Part shown: positions 29,327 through 38,535 of the stretch, one piece after another
How the letters are laid out: every line of letters starts with the position of its first letter
How positions within the stretch are numbered: the first letter of the stretch is position 1
Assembly (NCBI GenBank): GCA_965214935.1
Contig: CBDCCS010000011.1
Location: forward strand, 128,001 to 192,000
DNA from: Candidatus Velthaea sp.
GTDB lineage: Bacteria > Vulcanimicrobiota > Vulcanimicrobiia > Vulcanimicrobiales > Vulcanimicrobiaceae
Length of the DNA stretch: 64,000 nucleotides
Direction: 5' to 3'
Notes under the pieces: generated by a model
Told to the model about the DNA's origin: nothing
The model's input: only the letters and a program-made list of their open reading frames with translations
Database searches by the model: none
Made by a program: the position numbers and the translations under genes

Positions 29327-31054
29327 CTAGCGAGTAAACAGCAGTTCGCGCGCGCGCTCGGGTTGCAGGGCCAAAGCTTGCGCGCGATTCGCGATAAAAT
29401 CCAGCGTCGAACGCTGTTGGTCGAGAATGCTCGGGCGGTTCGCGACCCGGTGGGCCAGCCGAGCGTAAATGCGGCCGTGCGCCGTTACGAAATTTTGCTG
29501 TTGCGTCAAGGTCATGTTGCCGTCGCGGCCGCTGTCCCAGCGCCATGAGTATTCGCACGTTGCGCGATCGATATGCACGACCGTCCCGGTCTGCGCAACG
29601 CGCGTCCACATCTCCCAGTCATCGCAAACCGCGAACGATTCATCGAAGCGGCCGAAACGCTCGAACACGTCGCGCCGGTGAACGATGCTGTGAATCGGCG
29701 CGATGTTGCTGACCAGCAGCGTGTCCGGATCAAAATCGCGATCGAGGTACATGGTAATATCGAGGACGCGTTTGTTCGTTCCGTCGGTCTCGGCATATTC
29801 CGCCACGCAGTTCGTATAGACGAGATCCGCGCCGCTGCACGCGAGCGTTTCGGCGCACCGTGCGATGTGGTCGGGATACAGGACGTCGTCATCGTCGAGA
29901 TAAGCGATGAAATCACCGGCTGCCGCAGCCGCGCCTAAATTAGACGATTCGCTAATGAACGTTCGTCTGCCGGCATCGACGTAAACGATCGGCAGCCGGT
30001 TCTCGAAACGCCCGAGCAGCGGCCGAATGTCGGGGCCGCCGCCGTTGACGACGATTGCTTCGAGCGGGCGGTACTGCTGCGCTGCAATCGACTCGAGCGC
30101 CCGAAGCAGCAATTGCGGACGGTCGAACGTGCGCACGATGACCGACACGAGCGGACCGCTGCGATACTGCGAGGCCTGCCGCTTAAGCGCTTGGGCCGGA
30201 TCCTGCGCGGTCCGCAGAGTTGCCGTATCGGGTGCCCGCTCGGTCAAGGCGGCGCTTACGGCGCGGCGCATCGAACGTGCGTCAATCTCGTCGTAGACAC
30301 GGGCATGCCCGCGCTCGTCGGCACCGCCGAGGCGCGGCGCAACGACGCGAAAGCCGCTTGCCGCAACTGCGGCGCTGCGTATGGGACGCCACCACTCCGG
30401 ACAGACGACGGCCGCGACGTCGCTTTGAATTGCCGGAGCATCGCCGGCGGCGACGATGTCGATGCGCGCGGCGCAACCCTCGAGAGCAAGCTCGGTCAGG
30501 TGCAACCGATTGCGCGCCGACGACGGTGCAAAGATACAGATCGCCGGACTGCCGCCGCGATCTGCCGCGGCCCGCGGTTCGGGCAGCGGAACAAACGTGA
30601 AGCGCGTCAACTCGCGGCCGAGAAAACGTTGAAAGCGCTGCCGCTCGGCTTCGGTTGCGAACAGCATGAGGTCGGCGAGTTTACAGACGAACGATGCGAC
30701 GGAGCGCAGCCGTTCATCGAGCGGCGTGAAGTCTGCCAGCCGGCCGCCGTTGACCCGGATCTTATCTTCGCCCAACGCGCGCAGCATCGTCCGGCGGCCG
30801 TCGATGTCCGGGAGACTTGCAATATGGGTTGCTATATCGGCAACGGCGGCTTCATACGGATCGTCGAGAACGGGATACAGCGCTACAAGCGTGCCGCTTC
30901 GGCGCGCGGCGATCAAGCGTTCGAGCGTCGCGCGCGGTGCGCCGAGATCGGCGGCAAGCAGCATGCTGCCGTCGTGTGTGCCGTCACACAAGCCGGCCAG
31001 CAGCGCGGTCTCCTCGGCGTAACGCCCGGCGTCCCAAAGCGCCTCGAAGATCAT
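29327..31054 (-). CDS. GT2 glycosyltransferase with divergent N-terminal domain
   Basis: PLVSVIVRTFDRP, VVNGGG, N.G..AA.GDFIAYLDDDD, FDESF..CDDWEMW.R. Confidence 0.85.
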   Translation of the reverse strand: MIFEALWDAGRYAEETALLAGLCDGTHDGSMLLAADLGAPRATLERLIAARRSGTLVALYPVLDDPYEAAVADIATHIASLPDIDGRRTMLRALGEDKIRVNGGRLADFTPLDERLRSVASFVCKLADLMLFATEAERQRFQRFLGRELTRFTFVPLPEPRAAADRGGSPAICIFAPSSARNRLHLTELALEGCAARIDIVAAGDAPAIQSDVAAVVCPEWWRPIRSAAVAASGFRVVAPRLGGADERGHARVYDEIDARSMRRAVSAALTERAPDTATLRTAQDPAQALKRQASQYRSGPLVSVIVRTFDRPQLLLRALESIAAQQYRPLEAIVVNGGGPDIRPLLGRFENRLPIVYVDAGRRTFISESSNLGAAAAAGDFIAYLDDDDVLYPDHIARCAETLACSGADLVYTNCVAEYAETDGTNKRVLDITMYLDRDFDPDTLLVSNIAPIHSIVHRRDVFERFGRFDESFAVCDDWEMWTRVAQTGTVVHIDRATCEYSWRWDSGRDGNMTLTQQQNFVTAHGRIYARLAHRVANRPSILDQQRSTLDFIANRAQALALQPERARELLFTR

Positions 31055-31087
31055 GCGCGGGTGCCGGGCGCCTTGCTTTGCAGGCGG

Positions 31088-32614
31088 TCAATCACCGAGT
31101 AACTGCCGTTTGAGGCGAATGCCGGCCATCGACTCGACATTCTGCCGTTCTTGCACGCCGAACCGGGATTCGACGACCGACAGATATGCAGCGTTGGTGA
31201 AATACGTCTGCCAAGCATCGTCGCGAAATTTGAGCACTTGCGCGGAACTCAAGTGTTTGGTCGGCAGCGGTTTACTTTCATAGGACAAGAATGCATAGCC
31301 GGCAGGCGAATCGGGCAAGGCCCAGCCGTTTGTTTTGGCGATGTGGTGCATCGGGCTGCCCGGGAGCGCCTGACACGGATACATGTTCGCCATCTCCGTG
31401 TTAAGTTCGAGCGCGAGATCGAGCGTCTGCTGCATCGTGTCGAACGTGTCGTCGGGGAAGCCGAAAATATAATTACTGATGATGTTGATGTCGGCATCAT
31501 GGATGAGCGTACAAACGTCGCGAATGTTGAGTTCCTTGAACGAACCCTTCGAGACTTGTTGACGTACGGACTGATTGCCGGCCTCGATTCCGAGCGCGAG
31601 CCAATTGACGCCGGCGCGTTTGAAGAGCGCCAACTGGTCGGAGCGCACGGTATCGATCCGCGAGTACGTCCACATGTTAAAACCGAAATCTGCATTGACG
31701 GCGTTTTCAAGCACCGGTACGTAGTATTTCCGATTCAGGAAAAACATCTCATCGCTGATCCGCAGCGTTTTGACGCCGAAGCCGGCGAGAATCGCCATTT
31801 GCCGGGCGACCCAGCCGGCACTCCAGAAGCGCATGCCGCGTGAGTGCGAGGCATTGACGTCGGCGCCGTTGTCGGTACGATTGACGATATTGATCATGCA
31901 AAAATCGCAGGCGAATTGACAGCCGAGCGACGTGTACATCGCGGCAAACGGCGTACGCTCGGAATGGTTGAATCCGGCGTGCCAAAAGTGCGCCCGGTAC
32001 AAGTCGAGCGGCTTTTCGCGAAACGGCAGAAGATCCCACGCATAGCCGGGCAGATCCCGGTCCATATCGCTTTGCGCGACGATGCGTTCGGGCGGATTGA
32101 TGACCGCTTCGCGTTTGCCGCCGGTTGCCGGCAGCTTGAATCCGATACCTTTGGTCGTCGGCAAATCACCGGCAAGATTTCCGCGCAGCAGACTATGCAG
32201 CGCGTAAACGCCTTCGTTGAGCAAAACGATATCGATGCCGGGATCGGCCAAAACCTCGCCGGGTAACGCGCTGGTATGCGATCCGACCGATGCCACCGGC
32301 ACGTGCGGTAGCGCGCCTTTGAGGCACGCCGCCAACTCGAACGCGCCGGTCATGTTGGTGGTGCCGGAATTTGGATTCTGCCCGTAGACGACGAGGACGA
32401 TCAGCCGCGGCTTTGCAGCTTCGACGCGCGCGACAGCGGCGGCAAGCGACAATCGTTCGGCGTCGCAATCGAGGATGCCGACCTCGAAGCCCTGCGCCCG
32501 GCAGCTTTCGGCAAGCAGCAACGACCATGTCGGCGGTTCGATCGCAGCATAGACCGGCGCCAAGTCCTGGTATGCTTTCGCCGCCGAGTTCGGATTGATA
32601 AATAGCGCGTCCAA
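31088..32614 (-). CDS. Cobalamin-binding radical SAM enzyme
   Basis: N-terminal B12-binding-like domain, SLGCQFACDFC (CX3CX2C), DEMF, GIEAG, YIFGFPDDT. Confidence 0.92.
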   Translation of the reverse strand: MDALFINPNSAAKAYQDLAPVYAAIEPPTWSLLLAESCRAQGFEVGILDCDAERLSLAAAVARVEAAKPRLIVLVVYGQNPNSGTTNMTGAFELAACLKGALPHVPVASVGSHTSALPGEVLADPGIDIVLLNEGVYALHSLLRGNLAGDLPTTKGIGFKLPATGGKREAVINPPERIVAQSDMDRDLPGYAWDLLPFREKPLDLYRAHFWHAGFNHSERTPFAAMYTSLGCQFACDFCMINIVNRTDNGADVNASHSRGMRFWSAGWVARQMAILAGFGVKTLRISDEMFFLNRKYYVPVLENAVNADFGFNMWTYSRIDTVRSDQLALFKRAGVNWLALGIEAGNQSVRQQVSKGSFKELNIRDVCTLIHDADINIISNYIFGFPDDTFDTMQQTLDLALELNTEMANMYPCQALPGSPMHHIAKTNGWALPDSPAGYAFLSYESKPLPTKHLSSAQVLKFRDDAWQTYFTNAAYLSVVESRFGVQERQNVESMAGIRLKRQLLGD

Positions 32615-32727
32615 GCTCGAATCCTTCGTGGCGCGGTTGATGCGGCGTTAGGGCGGCCGCCGTATCGGGCGCGAGCGTTCTTGTGTCATCGACATACCAT
32701 CGACGAAAGCTGAGAAGCCGTGCCGGC

Positions 32728-33582
32728 CTAGCGCGGTGATCCGGTCAAAAACGTCTGCGCCGCGGTCTTCTGCGCTTCGGGCAAATGACTGGGCACGACG
32801 GACGGCAGCCCCTCGAAAGAGACGTCCTCGAAATACTCGCCGTTCTTGCGGACGGCCCAAAATCCGATAACCGATGAGATCGTTCGGCCGAAAAACTCAC
32901 CGACCGCGAGCGTAACACCCGGATGAAACTCACGCCCGGTAGCGGGATCAACAACGAAGTCTTCTTTGAGCCGGTCTCGCGCAGCCGCGATGTCGATCGA
33001 TTCGACTTGTAGTTCGAGATCGTCGCCGCACAGGATACCGCCGTCACGCAACAGTCGCGCCGCGCAGCGCAAATCGTTGAGGACATCGGAATAATAATGC
33101 GATGCGTCGATATAGATGAGATCGTACGACGCCGGTTCGAGCGTCGGCAAAATCGTACCGGAGATGCCGCGAATCGAGCGTAGTGCGACCTCGCCGTTAA
33201 TGGTTTGCGTATTGTGCTTGAATAAGCTGAACGCTAGGTCGATTTCGAGCAGCGCGTTCATCGTCGAGTACCAGCCGCCTTTAACAATGTCGCGGTCGGT
33301 CAGGTACGGGGTCCAACTATCGACGCACGTGATCGTTCCGCCGGCGGGCGAAAATCGTCTGATCGCTTGCGCGAACGAAAGCGTGCTCGAACCGACCCAC
33401 GAACCGACCTCTAAGAGTTTCACGGGTCGCGCCGGGTGGCTGACCAGAGACACCACGGCGATCATAAAAATATGGCGCGTTCCATCGCCTTGTAGGCCGG
33501 CCGATTGTCCGCCGAAAAACGGTTCGGAACCGAAGAGTGCTCGCAGCAATTCCGGGACGGATGTCGGTGCAGCGGTCTGCAT
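32728..33582 (-). CDS. Class I SAM methyltransferase (Methyltransf_24-like, probable sugar O-methyltransferase)
   Basis: LEVGSWVGSS, CVDSW, YDLIYIDASH.Y, L..GG.LCGDD. Confidence 0.88.
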   Translation of the reverse strand: MQTAAPTSVPELLRALFGSEPFFGGQSAGLQGDGTRHIFMIAVVSLVSHPARPVKLLEVGSWVGSSTLSFAQAIRRFSPAGGTITCVDSWTPYLTDRDIVKGGWYSTMNALLEIDLAFSLFKHNTQTINGEVALRSIRGISGTILPTLEPASYDLIYIDASHYYSDVLNDLRCAARLLRDGGILCGDDLELQVESIDIAAARDRLKEDFVVDPATGREFHPGVTLAVGEFFGRTISSVIGFWAVRKNGEYFEDVSFEGLPSVVPSHLPEAQKTAAQTFLTGSPR

Positions 33583-33679
33583 GCTCGGCTCCTAACATAG
33601 CGAAAAACCTGCGCCGTTGTTTCACGCTGCCCTAATTCCGCCACCCGCTAGAGCAAGAGAGAAGACAATTAAGACTTTG

Positions 33680-34798
33680 TCAGTCGAGCTGCATGCTACG
33701 CTCTTTATGCGTTCCGCGATTCCCGGTAAAATTAAATTTACTCGCGAATAATGGCTGCACGAACGTAGCGAGGTTACCGCCGGGAAAGCGGAAACCCCGA
33801 ATATTTGCCGCAGCCGCGGCCTCCAGATCGCTTGCCTTATCGCCGACGAGAATGCACCGACTTGGTTGGAGTTCCCAACGGTGCATCACGTCGAGTATCA
33901 TTCCGCCGCCGGGTTTGCGATCGTTACTGACGGCGCGATAACCCGGCAATGCCGCTTGCGGATGATACGGACAGTAACGCACTTCGTCGATGGTTCCGCC
34001 GGCTGCATGAATTTGAGCGCACATCCAGTCGTGCAACCGGACAACATCCGCCTCGCTATAATAACCCCGCGCGACTCCGGCTTGATTGGTCACGATGAAG
34101 ACATGCAAACCGGCGTTGGTCGCTGCCGCAACGGCATCACGTGCGCCGTCGATCCACTCGAACCGCTCGCGCGTGCCAACCCAGCCGCAATCGACGTTGA
34201 TCACGCCGTCGCGGTCGAGAAACAATGCCGGCCGCGCTGCGAGCCCGGGCCCAGCCGGCATCTCCGGTGCATGAAGCGCGAGGTAGTCCGCAATCGGGAT
34301 GGGCTCGGGCTCGAACGATATCGACCGCTGAGTCACGATGCGATCGACGAGGTAAATATGTGCCGGTGCGACGCCTCCTGTCGCTAAGACGGCTTCCACC
34401 GCCCAGCCGGCGACGTGCGGCCGGCTTTGCGCTTGAGCCAGTACAACGGCAAGATTGCCGGCGAAGATGCCTTCGCCCGTGCAAAGCCAGAAACGCGAAT
34501 CGAGCAGCGCGTGCAGCGCGTGGAGCTCGCCGGCTACGATTCGGACCGCGGGCTTTAGCGGCAACCGGCGCACGATTGCAGCAACTCCCTGCACTACCGC
34601 GCTGCGCTCGGTCGCGCTCGATCGATTTGCGGACGCATGCGTTTGCGCAGGTGACACCAAGACAAAATCGCGCACGCCGAAGCGCAGCATTTCGCGCATT
34701 TGCACGTGCAGTTGCGCGAAGCCGCGGGCGGCAATGTCGATGACGCATTGACGCACGGTCGCGACTCGTGCGAGGCGCTCCGATTCGATGCCGCTCAT
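33680..34798 (-). CDS. gmhB: Heptose-1,7-bisphosphate phosphatase GmhB fused to a degenerate nucleotidyltransferase domain
   Basis: FLDRDGVINVD, VTNQAGVARG, YCPYHP, RKP..GM, VGDK.SD. The N-terminus resembles HddC but lacks the GxGTR motif. Confidence 0.85.
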   Translation of the reverse strand: MSGIESERLARVATVRQCVIDIAARGFAQLHVQMREMLRFGVRDFVLVSPAQTHASANRSSATERSAVVQGVAAIVRRLPLKPAVRIVAGELHALHALLDSRFWLCTGEGIFAGNLAVVLAQAQSRPHVAGWAVEAVLATGGVAPAHIYLVDRIVTQRSISFEPEPIPIADYLALHAPEMPAGPGLAARPALFLDRDGVINVDCGWVGTRERFEWIDGARDAVAAATNAGLHVFIVTNQAGVARGYYSEADVVRLHDWMCAQIHAAGGTIDEVRYCPYHPQAALPGYRAVSNDRKPGGGMILDVMHRWELQPSRCILVGDKASDLEAAAAANIRGFRFPGGNLATFVQPLFASKFNFTGNRGTHKERSMQLD

Positions 34799-34799
34799 T

Positions 34800-36563
34800 T
34801 TAGCGTTGCGCGATGTTTAAAAGCGCACGACCCTGCCCGGCATCAAGCCGGCGTCCATCGCCGGACGGCGATATGTTGCTTGCCGGCACATCGATAAAGG
34901 TCGTGTGCGTTTTTTGGACCGCCCACCAGCCGTCGTGCGTGCCGATGCGGCGGCCGAAGACGGCAAAGACCGCTAACGCGACGCCTGGCCGGAAGCCGGA
35001 AGGACACCCCTTCAGAGCAATGGTCTCGTCGCGCCGTGCGATCGCCGATTCGAGATGGAAGTCGCCGACTTGCGCGATCAATCCGTCGCTGCAGATGATG
35101 CCGCCGACGCGCACGAGCCGCACGGCGGCAGTCAACGTCGCGTGCGCCGAATCCAGTGTCGGCGGTTGCGCAAACGTCACGAGGTCGTAGCTCTCCGGCG
35201 GAAGCGCCGGCAGCACGGCGGAGTTGAAGTCGGCGCAGAAAATACTACCGCGCAAAGCCGTGCAATATGCCAGCGCGCGAGCGAAGTCGGAGCACTCGGC
35301 AGTCGTCCAGGCTCCGATTTCGAGCACCCGCACGTTAGCGGAGCCGTCAGCCGCCGCGTGCAACGCGCAAGCGCGTTTCGCAGCGTGTCTCGAGCCGCCG
35401 CCAACCGTTCCGGACGCCGGCAATTGCAGACTCGTCGCATCGATCCACTGCAATAAGCCGGCAATCTGCCGCGTCGCAGACATGCGCTCGAGCGCCGTTC
35501 GACGCGCATTCTGAACGACGTGCCGGCGTAACTCGCGATCGGCGGCAAGCCGCCGCAACTGCCGCGCGAGATCGCCGGGTTCGCTGGGGTCATAGTACAG
35601 CAAATCTTGCTCGTGCCGGAATGCGGCTTGCGCGAGCGGACGATTGTCGAGACGCGGTGTCACGAGCGGGGTTGCCGCCGCCATCGTCTCGAGCACCCGG
35701 CCGTTGAAGCCTTTGAAGAGCGCCGGCAAGTTCACGTTGGCAAAGCCGGAGCGATACGCGCCATACACCAGCGAAAGCGCCGTTCGGCGAATGCCGTACA
35801 ATCCGTCGACGAGGGCGGCGGCGAGTTCCGCCGATCCGCCCGTCCGGTCGAGCTCGCGGCGCGCTGTTTGCTGCAACGTATCGAAACGCTGCGGCAGATC
35901 GGTGCGATCCTCGGGCGGCGCGAGGATGGCTAGCGGGACATCGAGCCGGGCAGCCGCGAGAAACTCTTGACGCAGCGGGTAGAGCGAGCCGAGGAAAACG
36001 GCATTGGGGCCGTCGGGCGCGTTGAGATCCGAGACGAGTTCGGGGGGCAGCATGGCCTCATTGAGCCGCGACGGCAGCCCCGTCTGGCGCGCGATATCGG
36101 CAACATCAAGTTCGTCGTAGCTCAACACGTGCGTCATATGACGCAAATCGCTCAGGACGGCTTGCCGCCGGAATGCGAGATGCGGCGAAGCTGCGGCAAT
36201 CTCGGCCGGTGAATACACGAGTGATTCCATGAGAACGGCGACTCGCACCGGTGCGACGCTCGTCAGCCACTCCCAGAAATCGGGCGAGTAATAGCTGTGC
36301 GTGATCCACACCCACGCTTGATCGAATGTCCGTCCGCCGACGATTCGCTCGCGCGCGTCAACCCACGAATTCGAGCGCTGCATACCCGCCGGGGTCATGC
36401 CGCTACTAAGCGACGGCAAAACAACCGTCGTACAACCGTTGGCTTTGAAGCCGTCGAGCAACGCGTACGACGACGTGTACGACCAGGGCCGGGCCATCGA
36501 CCACCGATCGAAATCCAGCAACACGGCGAGGATGCTCGGGCGCGCGGTCGGCTTGTCAGTCAT
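34800..36563 (-). CDS. Glycosyltransferase (CgeB / Glyco_trans_1_2-like) fused to a degenerate methyltransferase domain
   Basis: AVFLGSLYPLR, NVNLP..F..FNGRVLE.MAA, YD...P.DL. C-terminus parallels 32728..33582. ATG at 36563. Confidence 0.7.
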   Translation of the reverse strand: MTDKPTARPSILAVLLDFDRWSMARPWSYTSSYALLDGFKANGCTTVVLPSLSSGMTPAGMQRSNSWVDARERIVGGRTFDQAWVWITHSYYSPDFWEWLTSVAPVRVAVLMESLVYSPAEIAAASPHLAFRRQAVLSDLRHMTHVLSYDELDVADIARQTGLPSRLNEAMLPPELVSDLNAPDGPNAVFLGSLYPLRQEFLAAARLDVPLAILAPPEDRTDLPQRFDTLQQTARRELDRTGGSAELAAALVDGLYGIRRTALSLVYGAYRSGFANVNLPALFKGFNGRVLETMAAATPLVTPRLDNRPLAQAAFRHEQDLLYYDPSEPGDLARQLRRLAADRELRRHVVQNARRTALERMSATRQIAGLLQWIDATSLQLPASGTVGGGSRHAAKRACALHAAADGSANVRVLEIGAWTTAECSDFARALAYCTALRGSIFCADFNSAVLPALPPESYDLVTFAQPPTLDSAHATLTAAVRLVRVGGIICSDGLIAQVGDFHLESAIARRDETIALKGCPSGFRPGVALAVFAVFGRRIGTHDGWWAVQKTHTTFIDVPASNISPSGDGRRLDAGQGRALLNIAQR

Positions 36564-37528
36564 GGTTCGGGATTCAGGCCGGCAAGCGCGCCGGCGCGCC
36601 GGTCGCGTTCGGCGCAGAACCACCGGTACGTGCTTGCTAAACCGTCTTCAAACGGGATCTGCGGTCGCCACCCGAGCGCTGCAAGACGCGTTCCATCGAG
36701 TGCTTTGAGCGGCATTCCGTCGGGACGCGACCGGTCGAAATCAAATGCACCGTCGTATCCGACACAGTCTGCGACGGCGCGCGCGAGTTCGCGGACGCTC
36801 AGGCAGGCACCGCCGCCGATGTTGATGGCGCCGTCATCCGCATCGTAACGCGCCATGAGCAAAAGCATGGCGTCCGCTGCATCATCGACGTAGAGAAACT
36901 CGCGGCGCGGGTCGCCGCTGCCCCAGATCTCGACTCCCGCGCCGGTACGCTTCGCGTTATCAATTTTCGCAATGAGCGCCGGAACGACATGATTTGCCGC
37001 CGGATCGAGGTTGTCGCCCGGTCCGAAGAGATTCGTTGGTATCACGCTCAAAAAGTTACAGCCGTACTGACGGCGATACGCCGCGCACATCGTGTGACCG
37101 GCGATCTTCGCTACGGCATACGGCTCGTTCGTCGCTTCGAGCGGCCCCGTCATCAGCGCCGATTCGCGCATCGGCTGGTCGGCCGCCCGCGGATACATGC
37201 ACGAAGACCCCAGAAGCATGAGCTTGCGCACGTCATGCCGGCGGGCTGAATCGAGAACGTTTGCCGTCATTGCTACATTATCGAAGAGAAATTCGGCCGG
37301 CCGCGCGACGTTCGCAGCGATGCCGCCGACGAGCGCTGCAGCATGAAAAATAATGTCCGGCCGGTGCGCGGCAAGCCACGCATCGACATCGGCCGCGCGG
37401 CGCAGGTCAAGATCGCGACGATCGACAGTGAGCACCGTACAATCGCGTCGTCGCAATTTACGGACGATTGCCGAGCCGACCATTCCCGCATGGCCGGTCA
37501 CCCAGACGCGCCCGCTCAAGCCGTGCAT
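36560..37528 (-). CDS. fcl: GDP-L-fucose synthase / ColC-like epimerase-reductase
   Basis: VTGHAGMVGSAI, AA.VGGI.AN, GSSCMYP, LE.TNEPYAVAK, WGSG.PRREFLYVDD, PDG. ATG at 37528. Confidence 0.9.
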   Translation of the reverse strand: MHGLSGRVWVTGHAGMVGSAIVRKLRRRDCTVLTVDRRDLDLRRAADVDAWLAAHRPDIIFHAAALVGGIAANVARPAEFLFDNVAMTANVLDSARRHDVRKLMLLGSSCMYPRAADQPMRESALMTGPLEATNEPYAVAKIAGHTMCAAYRRQYGCNFLSVIPTNLFGPGDNLDPAANHVVPALIAKIDNAKRTGAGVEIWGSGDPRREFLYVDDAADAMLLLMARYDADDGAINIGGGACLSVRELARAVADCVGYDGAFDFDRSRPDGMPLKALDGTRLAALGWRPQIPFEDGLASTYRWFCAERDRRAGALAGLNPEP

Positions 37529-37590
37529 GCGCCTGCACGAACCGGATCGCCGCCGTTCATGTCCCGCCGGCCGGCGCACGGGCCGCTGCG

Positions 37591-38535
37591 TTAAACATTC
37601 GAGTACTGCGAATTGCGCACCATCCGGTAACCCTTTTGCAGTTCGCGAATACCGGCGTCGAGCGAGACCTCCGGTGCAAAACCGGTCGCCTCGATCTTCG
37701 CATTCGACACGATGTAATCGCGTTTATCGGGATCTTCGCCGACCGATGCTTCCATAAAAACGAAGTCGGGAAGTTGTTCTTGTATGCGCTCGCATAGTTC
37801 GCGCTTCGAGAGATTGGCATCCGAAAGTCCGACGTTGTACGCTTGATCTTTCATCGCATCGAAATTCGCGAGGCCGTGCATGAATGCGCGGGTGACGTCG
37901 CGGACGTGAATGTAATTACGTTTGAAATGACCCTCGAACAAAACGATGAAACGATCGTTGACGGCACGGTAGACGAAATCATTGACGAGCAAGTCGAGCC
38001 GCATGCGCGGACTCATCCCGAATACGGTCGCAAGCCGGAAGCTAATGGCGTTGCCGCGCGCGAGCACCGCGCGTTCGACCTCGACCTTGTGGATGCCGTA
38101 CAGCGAGATCGGGCGCATCGGTGTTTCTTCGGTGCAATATTTGCCGGGCTCACCCAAGCCGTAGCCCGAGTTGGTGATCGGCATGAGAAGTCGCTGATCG
38201 TTCGAGAGATCGTCGAGCATCGCGAGCGGTGCGTCGCGATTGACGGTCGTCGCGGCGACCGGATCCGCTTTGCAAATCGGCGCACCGACAAGTGCTGCGA
38301 GCGGAATGACGACGTCGGCCGAGCGCAGCAAGCCTTTCATGAGCGTTGCGTCGCGAATATCGCCTTTGACAAAATCAAAACCGCGGTGGAAGCAAACCGC
38401 GTTGAGGCTGCTTTGTTTGAATAGCAAATTGTCTACGACGGTCACGGCGTGACCGGCCGCGAGCAGTTCGGGAACCATGATCGAACCGAGGTAACCGGCG
38501 CCGCCGGTCACCAAAATCTTATACTGCTCCGGCAT
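37591..38535 (-). CDS. NAD-dependent sugar epimerase/reductase (extended SDR)
   Basis: VTGGAGYLGS, LAALVG.P.C, P.SLYG.HK, RLATVFG.SPRMRLDLLVNDF. Confidence 0.9.
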   Translation of the reverse strand: MPEQYKILVTGGAGYLGSIMVPELLAAGHAVTVVDNLLFKQSSLNAVCFHRGFDFVKGDIRDATLMKGLLRSADVVIPLAALVGAPICKADPVAATTVNRDAPLAMLDDLSNDQRLLMPITNSGYGLGEPGKYCTEETPMRPISLYGIHKVEVERAVLARGNAISFRLATVFGMSPRMRLDLLVNDFVYRAVNDRFIVLFEGHFKRNYIHVRDVTRAFMHGLANFDAMKDQAYNVGLSDANLSKRELCERIQEQLPDFVFMEASVGEDPDKRDYIVSNAKIEATGFAPEVSLDAGIRELQKGYRMVRNSQYSNV

